Source: an uncultured Candidatus Saccharibacteria bacterium (GTDB taxonomy: Bacteria > Patescibacteriota > Saccharimonadia > CAZBQI01). Taken from it: a stretch of 64,000 bases of DNA. The stretch lies in NCBI GenBank assembly GCA_964494105.1, contig CAZBQI010000001.1:3126-67125 (forward strand), written 5' to 3'. Of the stretch, positions 1 through 8,959 are shown one piece after another. The notes below the pieces were generated by a model, which did not search any database, was not told the DNA's origin, and saw only the letters and a list, made by a program, of their open reading frames with translations. The first letter of the stretch is position 1. Every line of letters starts with the position of its first letter. Position numbers and translations under genes: made by a program.

Positions 1-168
1 AACACGGCTGCGATGGCGTTTTTTTGGCTGGAAAGTTCGTTTCGGCATAGAGTAGTAGCTTAACGTGGAAAAGGGTGTTTCGTCAACCCAGCAAGCAGTG
101 TTTGTGAGGGCTGAGGTTGCCACAGGAGCCGATCTAAATAGACACAATTTACAACCTTCATGTCGAAC

Positions 169-266
169 TTATCCACAATCGTTTTCTGTAGTTATAGAAA
201 AGTTTATCCACACTCCTTCCGCAATTGTCCACAGATTAACAGATAGACCTAGAAAAATGTGGATAA
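169..266. promoter_or_regulatory. Cluster of four DnaA boxes upstream of dnaA (TTATCCACA at 169-177 and 204-212, TTGTCCACA at 225-233, inverted TGTGGATAA at 258-266); oriC/dnaA promoter region
   Basis: Three exact and one 1-mismatch matches to the TTATCCACA consensus within 100 bp, immediately 5' of dnaA. Confidence 0.7.
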
Positions 267-359
267 ATATGGGCTAATTTGTTGATGTTCGATTTTTGCT
301 TGTGGAAAGGTGCGGGTTCGCCTAGTATATTGAATACGTGAGTCTAGGAGGCCAAGAGC

Positions 360-1703
360 TTGAGTAATAACGACGTACTATGGCAAACAGTTTTGGGAGA
401 AATCGAGGTGGTGCTTTCGGGGGCTACTTTTTCTACTTGGTTTAAGAACACCAGCCTACTAAGTGCTGACAGTGGCAACGCCTTAATTGGTGTGCCAAAT
501 ATATTCACCAAAAAGCAATTCGAAGAAAAATATCGCGGTTTAATCGAAAAAACCTTGCGCAAAAATGGTGTTGACCTAAAATCTTTAAATTTTAAGGTCG
601 CTTTGAACTCGAACGTCAAGAGAGTGGCTCCTCCCGGGCCAAACTTAGTTAACCCGGTGCCCGGCTCTCGCCCGGCCGTCGAACCACCTCGTAGTACCCT
701 CAATAAGCGCTACACCTTTAGTAATTTCATTGTCGGCGGTAGTAACGAGCTGGCCTATGCCGCCGCCCAAGCAATCGCCCGCGAACCGGGAGAACGCTAC
801 AACCCCTTTTTTGTATATGGCGGGGTTGGACTTGGCAAAACCCATCTCATTCAGGCTATCGGTAACGAGATAAAAAGTCGCCAGCCCGACTTTGTAATTG
901 AATACGTTACCAGTGAGCGCTTTAAAAATGAATTTGTGGCTTCTATTTTGCGTAACACCAAGAACTTTAGTCATAAATATCGCAATGTTGATGTGTTGAT
1001 TATCGACGACATGCAGTTTATTGCCGGCAAAGAAAAAACCCAAGAGGAATTCTTCCACACCTTTAACACTCTCCACCAAAACAACAAGCAAATTATCATC
1101 TCTAGTGACAAGCCACCAAAGGCCATTCCTACTCTTGAGGAGCGTTTACGCTCACGCTTTGAATGGGGCATGAGCGCCGACATCCAGGCGCCTGATTTTG
1201 AAACCAGAATGGCAATTATTCAAGCTAAAACCGCTCATTATGCCGTCGCTATGCCGGTTGAGGTAATCGAATACATCGCTGCCAATATTCAATCCAACAT
1301 CCGGGAGTTAGAAGGAGCCATCACCAAACTACTTGCCCACTGTGAAATGCGCGGAGCACAGCCGACAGTCGAGATGGCCGAGAACCTACTTACAAGCACC
1401 GGCGTAAAGTCGAAACACCTAACACCAAAGCACATTATTGATAAGACCGCACGATATTTTAACCTCAGTATTACCGAAATTACCGGACCAAAAAGAGACA
1501 AAGAGATTGTGGAACCCAGGCAGATAGCAATGTATTTAATGCGTACCGAACTACACCTTAGTTTCCCGCAAGTGGCAAAACAGCTTGGTCGTAGCGATCA
1601 CTCGACGGCTATGCACTCCGTCGACAAGATCGAAAAAGCTTTGACCGAAAACCAACAAATGCGCCAAAAAGTCTTAGAACTGAAGGAAAAACTATATGTA
1701 TAG
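360..1703 (+). CDS. dnaA: Chromosomal replication initiator protein DnaA (TTG start, AGGAGG RBS at 345-350)
   Basis: 447 aa; Walker A GGVGLGKTHL; AAA+ core; C-terminal DNA-binding helix-turn-helix (IAMYLMRTELHLSFPQVAKQLGRSDHSTAMHSVDKI); first gene of a dnaA-dnaN-recF run. Confidence 0.95.
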   Translation: MSNNDVLWQTVLGEIEVVLSGATFSTWFKNTSLLSADSGNALIGVPNIFTKKQFEEKYRGLIEKTLRKNGVDLKSLNFKVALNSNVKRVAPPGPNLVNPVPGSRPAVEPPRSTLNKRYTFSNFIVGGSNELAYAAAQAIAREPGERYNPFFVYGGVGLGKTHLIQAIGNEIKSRQPDFVIEYVTSERFKNEFVASILRNTKNFSHKYRNVDVLIIDDMQFIAGKEKTQEEFFHTFNTLHQNNKQIIISSDKPPKAIPTLEERLRSRFEWGMSADIQAPDFETRMAIIQAKTAHYAVAMPVEVIEYIAANIQSNIRELEGAITKLLAHCEMRGAQPTVEMAENLLTSTGVKSKHLTPKHIIDKTARYFNLSITEITGPKRDKEIVEPRQIAMYLMRTELHLSFPQVAKQLGRSDHSTAMHSVDKIEKALTENQQMRQKVLELKEKLYV

Positions 1704-1943
1704 AGCTGTGGATAGTCTGGTTAAAAGCTGGTTACAAAATTGTGTAAATATCAACCAAAAATATTTCTTGTGTATAATTCTTGGTTTTTCCGCTTTTCTT
1801 GCACAACTTGTGCAACTAGTTTTCGTCAGCCAAAATCAGCCAAAAATGGCTCTTGTAAGTAATCGTCATGGACTTTTCCGCTTTTCCACAACTTATAATC
1901 AACAAGATTCTTCTTATTTTAATAAATTAATAAAGGAACCAAT
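1704..1943. promoter_or_regulatory. AT-rich dnaA-dnaN intergenic region with degenerate DnaA boxes (tgtggatag at 1713-1721, ttttccaca near 1877-1885) and a tandem cttgtgcaa repeat (1797-1820); candidate second oriC half / DNA unwinding element
   Basis: 240 bp non-coding, AT-rich, between dnaA and dnaN; degenerate boxes and short direct repeats seen directly; bipartite origins flanking dnaA are known in many bacteria. Confidence 0.4.
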
Positions 1944-3050
1944 ATGAAGGTAAATGTTTTACAAACAAATCTACATAAAGCACTTAATGTAGTTGGGAAA
2001 ATTGTTGGCAATCGAGCCACACTGCCAGTACTGGCTAATGTCTTAATAAAAACCGACTCAAACCGACTCAAGATTTCTTCGACCAACTTAGAGATCGGAA
2101 TTAATACCTGGATCGGGGCTAAAGTGGAACAAACCGGGGCAATCACGGTTCCTGCCCGCTTAATGGCCGACTATGTGTCTAGTTTGACCGAAGGCAATAT
2201 AGGGATTGAGCAATCAAAGCAAACTCTTCATTTAAAAAGCCACCAAACCGATTCGCACATTAACGGCATTGAGGCCAAAGAGTTCCCCAGTATCCCCGAG
2301 TTTAATAAAGCTCCACTTTTGCAGGTTGAAGCCAAAAAACTCAAAGACGCCCTGGCACGAGTTGTGGGTGCGGCATCATTTGATGATACTCGGCCAATTC
2401 TAAATGGTCTGCTATTTAGCACGAACAAAACAAAGCTGACGATTGTGGCTACAGACAGCTATCGATTAGCCGAAAAAGTTTTGGATTTGGCGGTGGCGCC
2501 AACCGAACAGCTAAAGATTATCGTGCCGGCCAGAACCACCCAAGAGTTGCTTCGTATGATCGATAACGAGTCCGGAGATGTCGAGTTGTTGGCTGAAGAA
2601 AATCAAGTAATGTTTCGTTTTAACGACACAGAGCTAATATCACGACTGATTGACGGTGAATACCCAGACTACCAGCAATTAATTCCGACAGACGTCTTAA
2701 CAAGCGTAGAGCTACCCACCAAAGAGATCCAGGGTGTCACCAAGCTGGCTGCCTTATTTGCACGTGAAAGTGGTGGCAGTGTAACGCTAAGCGTTAATGC
2801 AAAAGACCAGAAATTAGAAACGAGAGCCACTGCTACCCAAGTGGGAGATTCGGTTTCGTCGATGGACGCCAAAATTACTGGTGAAGACGCCACAATATCC
2901 CTTAATTCTCGCTACTTGCTCGACGCCCTAGCATCACTAAACAGCGAACAGCTAAGAATAGAAATAACGGGCAAGATTAACCCTTGTCTGTTGCGACCGC
3001 TAGAAAAAACCGGAGAGTACCTACACCTCATAATGCCACTAAGAGGCTAA
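1944..3050 (+). CDS. dnaN: DNA polymerase III beta sliding clamp
   Basis: 368 aa; N-terminus MKVNVLQTNLHKALNVVGKIV and three-domain length typical of DnaN; directly follows dnaA. Confidence 0.93.
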   Translation: MKVNVLQTNLHKALNVVGKIVGNRATLPVLANVLIKTDSNRLKISSTNLEIGINTWIGAKVEQTGAITVPARLMADYVSSLTEGNIGIEQSKQTLHLKSHQTDSHINGIEAKEFPSIPEFNKAPLLQVEAKKLKDALARVVGAASFDDTRPILNGLLFSTNKTKLTIVATDSYRLAEKVLDLAVAPTEQLKIIVPARTTQELLRMIDNESGDVELLAEENQVMFRFNDTELISRLIDGEYPDYQQLIPTDVLTSVELPTKEIQGVTKLAALFARESGGSVTLSVNAKDQKLETRATATQVGDSVSSMDAKITGEDATISLNSRYLLDALASLNSEQLRIEITGKINPCLLRPLEKTGEYLHLIMPLRG

Positions 3051-3120
3051 GGGAGGGTGGGGGCTAGCCGCTACTTGGAAGTTTTGATAAGCACTATGTT
3101 AAACAAACTACCACTAAAAT

Positions 3121-4209
3121 ATGCGAAGAGTAGTTAGTCGCATGGCTCTTAAAAATTTAAACATAATAAATTTTCGTTCCTATAAAAGTAGGGCGATAAC
3201 ACTTCACCCTCAGCTAAATTTAGTAATTGGGCCAAACGGTAGCGGAAAGACTAACTTATTAGAGGCTCTTTACGTATTAACGCAAACAAAATCTTATCGC
3301 GCTCGCGACGAGGAGCTAATAATGCATGGCCAAAGCGGGTATTCTCTCACGGGAACAGCTGGTCCAATCGAGTATAGGGTTAAGTATTCTACGCTTCCAA
3401 GAAAACTAAAGACTATCCAAACTAATTCTCGATCGCAGCGCCTAGAGGAATACATTGGCCAACTACCCTCTGTGTTGTTTGAGCCAAATAGTGTATTTAT
3501 TGCCAGTGGCGCGCCCGCTATTAGAAGAGCATATATTGATGGTGTTTTGTGTGGTATCGATGAGCGCTACCTGGTTGATTTAGTTCACTACAAGCGTGCC
3601 CTGAAGCAACGCAACGTCCTGCTAAGAGCACGACCCCGCGATATAGAGGCGCAGATTTTTGCTTGGGATATCAAGCTTGTCGAATTAAGCGATCATATCT
3701 TTAAGCAGCGCCAAGCCTTTACCAGGTTTTTAAATGACAGTGCAACCAAATTGTACGCTGAAATTGCCGGATCGTCTGTGGTAGTCGAAACCAACTATCA
3801 AAGCAGTAGCGACCAGCGCGATTATGCTTCGTCTTTCTTGCAACTATTGCAAAAGCACCTTAAGCGCGACTTAATTTTTGGCAATACTGGCGACGGCATA
3901 CATCGAGACGACCTAGCTATTTCGTTTAATGGCAAACCGGTTCAATCCGTAGCGTCGCGTGGCGAGGTGCGCACCCTCACACTTGCCTATAAACTGCTAG
4001 AAATGGCATATATCGAGCAACAAACAAAAAGACACCCGATAATTCTGCTAGATGATGTATTTAGTGAATTAGATACTAGGCGTCGAGAGTTCTTATTGTT
4101 AAAACTAAACAAATGCCAGTCATTCATCACTACAACAGACCTACATGGCATAAAAGTTGCATCTAAAAACGATCACACAGTAATTAAGCTAGGGAGTAAA
4201 AATGCTTGA
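3121..4209 (+). CDS. recF: DNA replication and repair protein RecF
   Basis: 362 aa; Walker A GPNGSGKTNLLEAL; SMC-like ABC signature region; dnaA-dnaN-recF synteny. Confidence 0.9.
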   Translation: MRRVVSRMALKNLNIINFRSYKSRAITLHPQLNLVIGPNGSGKTNLLEALYVLTQTKSYRARDEELIMHGQSGYSLTGTAGPIEYRVKYSTLPRKLKTIQTNSRSQRLEEYIGQLPSVLFEPNSVFIASGAPAIRRAYIDGVLCGIDERYLVDLVHYKRALKQRNVLLRARPRDIEAQIFAWDIKLVELSDHIFKQRQAFTRFLNDSATKLYAEIAGSSVVVETNYQSSSDQRDYASSFLQLLQKHLKRDLIFGNTGDGIHRDDLAISFNGKPVQSVASRGEVRTLTLAYKLLEMAYIEQQTKRHPIILLDDVFSELDTRRREFLLLKLNKCQSFITTTDLHGIKVASKNDHTVIKLGSKNA

Positions 4210-4480
4210 AGAGGCTAGGCGACACCTTGAGAAAAAAGCCAAACAACTTGATCTTGGCCGGGCGCAGGCGCTGGCCGATATTCAGGCGATATTAGATGGG
4301 CGCTACCCGCAGATGACGCAAGCCAAAAGCATAAATGAGGGCGTATTAAAGGTGCTAGTGGAATCATCGGCGGTGGCGAGTGAGCTGAGGCTTAATCAGG
4401 TGGAAATTTTAAAGCTTGCGAATAAAAAGCAAGCATATTTGATCGAGAGAATATACATCCAGACCGGTTCTTTCAAATAA
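4202..4480 (+). CDS. Small DUF721-like protein commonly found downstream of recF
   Basis: 92 aa, overlaps the recF stop by 8 nt (translational coupling); position and size match the recF-associated DUF721 family. Unlike the canonical arrangement, gyrB does not follow. Confidence 0.45.
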   Translation: MLEEARRHLEKKAKQLDLGRAQALADIQAILDGRYPQMTQAKSINEGVLKVLVESSAVASELRLNQVEILKLANKKQAYLIERIYIQTGSFK

Positions 4481-4508
4481 ACTTCAGCTAATTGGTATCT
4501 AATAAAAT

Positions 4509-5996
4509 CTAATAGACTTCGTAATTGATTTGAACAAGCGAGGAGTCGATACCAGAATCCTTTAGATAGGCGAGGGCCTCTTCGCGATAACGATTAATAA
4601 GTTCATCATAAGATGCGCCATTATTTTGGGCCGAGTAGTCTATTCCCTGAACCGGTCTCGGGGCGAATGTCTTAATAGTAACAAGAGGCTTGTTACTAGC
4701 TATTGTATAAGTAATTTCATAATGGTCTTCGGTTCTTGGTAGTGCCTTATTAAGCTTATCTATCAAATTGGCGTTCCCGGTCTTTGTGAACATTATTCTA
4801 AATAGCCCACCATTGTTTGACGGTGAAGATGTTCCGAAATATATCTGGTTCTGTGTGCAAGCAATGCTGGTGAGATCGTTTTGCTTGGTCAATAAGTTAG
4901 TAGATCTATTTTCGAGGTTATAAAGCCAAAGCCCAAGAGTATCGCCAAAAGTCACCTTGTTTTCATCACACCAGCTAATAGGAAGTGTCTTGATTTGTTT
5001 TTTCTCGATTGTTCCAACAACGGCCTTCTTTTCGGTGTCATATATTTTGATGACACTATCGAGTGCGTAGGCCAGAAGTTTACGACTTGGCGACCAGGCA
5101 GCAGCCACTACAATTCTGCCCTCATCCAGTACTCGCTTTTCTTTACTATTAATATCAAGAATGGTCAGTCCGCCACCTTGATACTCTTCAAAATTTACCT
5201 CGTTTAGTTTTGCTTTTTCATTGTCGGTATGTGGGTAGCCCGAAGGGATGCTAAATACCGCCACCTTGCGCTCGCCATCATAGGCAATATTTGAATCGGC
5301 ATCTTTCGTAGAAAATACTTTTCTAGCTACCAATTCACCCTGTTGTTTTACAAAAACATCCTTACCTGTGCTGACGGCGAAACTGCTGGAGTCCACTCCG
5401 AGTGCGATTTTTGATGTACTGGTTAGTTTTGTAAAGACGGTGTTGGTTATCTCTTGCTTGTTGTTATTTACAATTTCGTATAGCTTGCCCTGGTTGGTGA
5501 TAGCTATGCCGTACTGATTATTTGCTTGAAGGTCGTTTATCCCAAAAAGATCAGTTAAATATGGCTGGGTTATACCACTTGCACCGTCGTATTTATTGGC
5601 AATTTGGGTTGTTGGGACCACAAAAATAACATCATTATTTTGGACAGAAACGTTTCTTGCCGGCTGGTCGGATAAGTCTTCGACTGGTTTCTGTGGTTCG
5701 GGCTTTAAAGCAACTTTGGTGGCGCTCCTTGGGTTAATACTGACTACCATTGTGCTGGTGTTGCCGTTATAGTCGGCAAATACGGCGTATTGCCCGCGAT
5801 TTAGTCGACGTTTTAGTTCGCTAGATTTTTTCTTGGCTAGCTCTTGGCCGGCTTCGTTTTCGATGCGTAGCGTATAGTTATCGTCGGGAGCGGTGATAAT
5901 TACTGTGCCACTATGCCACCAGCGCCAGCCAACAAATATAATACCGACTACAATTAAGGCAACGGCACAGATTTGTAATATACGTTTGATATTCAT
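4509..5996 (-). CDS. Membrane-anchored (N-terminal TM) beta-rich surface protein, possibly TolB/PD40-like propeller; hypothetical
   Basis: 495 aa; N-terminal hydrophobic anchor ILQICAVALIVVGIIFVGW then beta-strand-rich Ser/Thr/Asn-rich sequence (WSPSRKLLAYALDS); first gene of the minus-strand T4SS-like block. Confidence 0.5.
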   Translation of the reverse strand: MNIKRILQICAVALIVVGIIFVGWRWWHSGTVIITAPDDNYTLRIENEAGQELAKKKSSELKRRLNRGQYAVFADYNGNTSTMVVSINPRSATKVALKPEPQKPVEDLSDQPARNVSVQNNDVIFVVPTTQIANKYDGASGITQPYLTDLFGINDLQANNQYGIAITNQGKLYEIVNNNKQEITNTVFTKLTSTSKIALGVDSSSFAVSTGKDVFVKQQGELVARKVFSTKDADSNIAYDGERKVAVFSIPSGYPHTDNEKAKLNEVNFEEYQGGGLTILDINSKEKRVLDEGRIVVAAAWSPSRKLLAYALDSVIKIYDTEKKAVVGTIEKKQIKTLPISWCDENKVTFGDTLGLWLYNLENRSTNLLTKQNDLTSIACTQNQIYFGTSSPSNNGGLFRIMFTKTGNANLIDKLNKALPRTEDHYEITYTIASNKPLVTIKTFAPRPVQGIDYSAQNNGASYDELINRYREEALAYLKDSGIDSSLVQINYEVY

Positions 5997-5999
5997 CTT

Positions 6000-7985
6000 T
6001 TAAAGACTACTCCCTCGCCCGCCGTCAGGGAAATCATCACAAAGTGTTGGTTCCCCAACACCGTCCGGCACAACCACGCCATTCGTTAGTGGGTTAACAG
6101 TACCATTGGCACTGCCCTGGACGCCACCTTGCTTCTGGACGTTAAAATGCAAGTGTGCGCCGGTGCTTCGACCAGTATTACCTGATTTGGCAATTTCTTG
6201 GCCCTTGGTAACAGTATCGCCTTCGGCAACCAAGATTTCGCTCAAGTGTCCGTAGAGTGTCCAAAAGCCATTGCCATGATTAATAACAATGGCGTTGCCA
6301 TACCCGCTAGTTAAGCTCCCGCTAATACCGGCAAATTCTACCGTGCCGGCATCAGCCGCAAAAACTTTACTACCAACGGGAACACCGATATCAAGCCCGG
6401 AGTGTCTGCCGTAACTCCGTACATCCCCCCAGCAGGCAGTGAGGGTTCCTGCTGGCTCGACTGGCCACTGGAACTGGCCACTGGCGGTGGCGCCGGGGCA
6501 GCCATTTGTATTACCCGCTGCCGGCGTGGTAGCGCCACCGGTACTAGGCGCTACGCCCGGATTACCTACTACTCCACCGTACAGCCAGTAGCCCCGCAGT
6601 ACGGTATTTACATACTCACTAGAGTGGTTATAGTGCCAAATGGCGTTCGAAATACTGTGGGCTTGCGCGCCACCGTTTGGATCGCCCAAGGGGGCACCAA
6701 TAATTCCGCCATTTGCCGCCAAATAATTAGCTGCGCCATACGCCGCGTCGGTTAAATTTTGAATATCAGCCACGCCATTCTCATCGCCGTCTACACCATA
6801 AGCTCTCCAGGTATCATTTAAGAACTGAAACGGTCCATTTGCCCCCTTGTCGGAACTTGCCCAAGGGCCTTCATGGTTAGGCCAGCCGGCACCATTTCCA
6901 CCGCCATGCTCGCCGTAGTGGAAAATTCCCGCAATCAACGCCGGCTCGACATTGAACCGCGCCCCGGCGGCGGTAAAAATACTATTATATGGCTCCGGTA
7001 CGCCATTTGGGCCGGTAGGCAGGGTGCCGGGAGGTAGCCCAGACCCGAGTGCGCTACAGGTACAACCATCCGCGGCGTCATTAGCGGCGGCATCACTTGG
7101 GTCGCTACCGCTACTGCCGGTAACCTCGGTAGCAATAAGTTCGGCGAGTGATACGGCGCCGGCGCTTGTGTTATGAATAAAATCGCCCTCTAGATAATCG
7201 TTGGTATCAGCCGGTGGGCTGGTGTTGGTACGCAGACTTACGTTGGTTGGGCCGGGAATGTTTTTCGGGTCACTGGATGCGCCAAAGTTATTTTTGTACT
7301 CACTAATCACGCTGTAGCCCAGGCTCCCCGCCTCGTCATAAATTACTCGGTTGCGTCGGGAGTATTCACCCGGGTTGGCAGTTGCGCCAACATCAACGTA
7401 GTAGTAATTGGCATCGGGGTTTAAATCTTTCAAGTCACCAACAAAGCTTCGCAGTCTGGTAGTAAAGTTGCTTTCTACTGTGGGTGGGTTCGTGCCCAAT
7501 TCAATAATAATGGCATCGGCTTGCCGGATGGCTTCGGCATCGGCCGTTAGAGCATCATCAATTGTTTGGGCGGGGGGTGCCCCAGGAAAATTAGCACCAC
7601 CCGAAGTGTACGATCTGCCCGGTACAGCGTTACGAGTTAGTTGCCAGTTATTGTTGCGAAACTTATCTTCGATAGTGCCTTTGGTTTGAAGATGGTAACC
7701 CTTGGAGTCACCAATTAAATAGGCTTTTTTAGTTTGCGCGTCGTCAACACTCGGGCCCTGTTGGGCATCGGCAATTTGCTCGGCACAAGCACCGTTATAG
7801 TGCTGGGTGTTGTGCAGGATGGCATGGATGTTAAGGTCGGTTATGGCCGACACCGACTGCAATGGCACCAGCCAAGTGCTAACTAGTGTCAGCATAAATA
7901 CGCCGATTACGAATTTATGTACGTGATTTATGGGTAAGGCTTGCGGACGAGAAAACAAGCCGATCATTTCTTTACCAGCTTCCAT
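6000..7985 (-). CDS. Secreted multi-domain peptidoglycan hydrolase: N-terminal SGNH/GDSL-like esterase, central lysozyme-like lytic transglycosylase, C-terminal M23 (LytM) endopeptidase; VirB1-like cell-wall opener for the adjacent T4SS
   Basis: 661 aa; signal/TM FVIGVFMLTLVSTWLVPLQSVSA; GDSL-like block YLIGDSKGY plus IIIELGTN; transglycosylase-like GPFQFLNDTWRAYGVDGDENG..DAAYGAANYL; M23 HSGLDIGVPVGSKVFAADAGTV..GYGNAIVINHGNGFWTLYGHL..TGRSTGAHLHF. Confidence 0.75.
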   Translation of the reverse strand: MEAGKEMIGLFSRPQALPINHVHKFVIGVFMLTLVSTWLVPLQSVSAITDLNIHAILHNTQHYNGACAEQIADAQQGPSVDDAQTKKAYLIGDSKGYHLQTKGTIEDKFRNNNWQLTRNAVPGRSYTSGGANFPGAPPAQTIDDALTADAEAIRQADAIIIELGTNPPTVESNFTTRLRSFVGDLKDLNPDANYYYVDVGATANPGEYSRRNRVIYDEAGSLGYSVISEYKNNFGASSDPKNIPGPTNVSLRTNTSPPADTNDYLEGDFIHNTSAGAVSLAELIATEVTGSSGSDPSDAAANDAADGCTCSALGSGLPPGTLPTGPNGVPEPYNSIFTAAGARFNVEPALIAGIFHYGEHGGGNGAGWPNHEGPWASSDKGANGPFQFLNDTWRAYGVDGDENGVADIQNLTDAAYGAANYLAANGGIIGAPLGDPNGGAQAHSISNAIWHYNHSSEYVNTVLRGYWLYGGVVGNPGVAPSTGGATTPAAGNTNGCPGATASGQFQWPVEPAGTLTACWGDVRSYGRHSGLDIGVPVGSKVFAADAGTVEFAGISGSLTSGYGNAIVINHGNGFWTLYGHLSEILVAEGDTVTKGQEIAKSGNTGRSTGAHLHFNVQKQGGVQGSANGTVNPLTNGVVVPDGVGEPTLCDDFPDGGRGSSL

Positions 7986-8959
7986 AGCTTATTTTCAAAA
8001 CCGGCCACTAAATCGGCCTTTGGCGTGTTGGAGATGTTGGTGGGTATGGGTTTATCGGCCAGCACGCCGTACTCGGTTGTAGTGTTGGTTTTTAAATCAA
8101 GAATTTGGTATTTTACATCGACCCCATTTGCACGAGCTATCTGCAGGATATCTCCATGTAGAGCAAAATTGGTCTGTTCTTCACTATCGATTTGGTTTTG
8201 GGCCGAATCAACCACAACCATTTTTCCGTTAGCATCGACTACCAATAGTTTGTCGTTTTCTCTTAGCAATAATGACTTCTTTTGACTATCTACGTTATAG
8301 ACTTCAACGCCCGCCATTTCTTTTACAGTGTTGCCCGCGGTATTAATAATTCGCAGGTTGCCAACTAGTGACTCGACCTCGTTGTAAGACATTAACCCAA
8401 TGTTTTCACCAATGGCGTAGACCTCTTCGATGTTTGTGCCAGTATAAGAATGTAATACTTGGCCGTCGATTGATTCAACCGTGATGGTACTGGTGCCATC
8501 AGGACTGGTTTTTAAAATAATTACACTACCGTCATTACGCCAGACTGCTTGGCTACCGGTGAATGAACGAAGTTGTTGTTTTGAGCCGACATCGAAAATT
8601 ACACCCAAATTCTCTCGCACTATGCTAAAGTGCTTAGAATCTTGACTGATATCTAAGGCGCCCTCGCCGTACGCACCTAAGTTGGTTTTGCTTTGCCCGT
8701 CATAAATAACCCACTCTTGCAGTTTGCTTTTATAGACTATCCCTCTGGCATAACTAATTAAGCGACGGCTTTGACTATGATTAAGATTGCTATCTTTGTT
8801 TTCTGGCGGGATGTAGGTGTTATCGACAAATTCCGCTTTTAGGGTGCCACGCTCCTCGGGTTTATTCGAGGGTCTAACGAAAATTGCCCAGGCTGTACCA
8901 AAGAGAATTAGAATTGCGACTAAAATTACGATAATTCGCTTGCGACTACTAGTTTCCAT
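7964..8959 (-). CDS. Membrane-anchored hypothetical protein (start taken at internal METSSRKR; the 9163 start of the ORF track would overlap the upstream gene by 215 nt)
   Basis: Basic stretch then TM (RKRIIVILVAILILFGTAWAIF) followed by ~300 aa beta-rich ectodomain; ATG at 8959 overlaps the stop of the 1061-aa gene by ~11 nt. Confidence 0.5.
   Translation of the reverse strand: METSSRKRIIVILVAILILFGTAWAIFVRPSNKPEERGTLKAEFVDNTYIPPENKDSNLNHSQSRRLISYARGIVYKSKLQEWVIYDGQSKTNLGAYGEGALDISQDSKHFSIVRENLGVIFDVGSKQQLRSFTGSQAVWRNDGSVIILKTSPDGTSTITVESIDGQVLHSYTGTNIEEVYAIGENIGLMSYNEVESLVGNLRIINTAGNTVKEMAGVEVYNVDSQKKSLLLRENDKLLVVDANGKMVVVDSAQNQIDSEEQTNFALHGDILQIARANGVDVKYQILDLKTNTTTEYGVLADKPIPTNISNTPKADLVAGFENKLWKLVKK

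Noticed and set aside
344-703. 119-aa minus-strand ORF overlapping the 5' end of dnaA
   Set aside because: Antisense to a highly confident dnaA CDS; no RBS or motifs; typical spurious antisense ORF.
1696-1947. 83-aa ORF filling the dnaA-dnaN intergenic region
   Set aside because: AT-rich origin-type sequence with repeats; low-complexity translation; more plausibly non-coding oriC/DUE.
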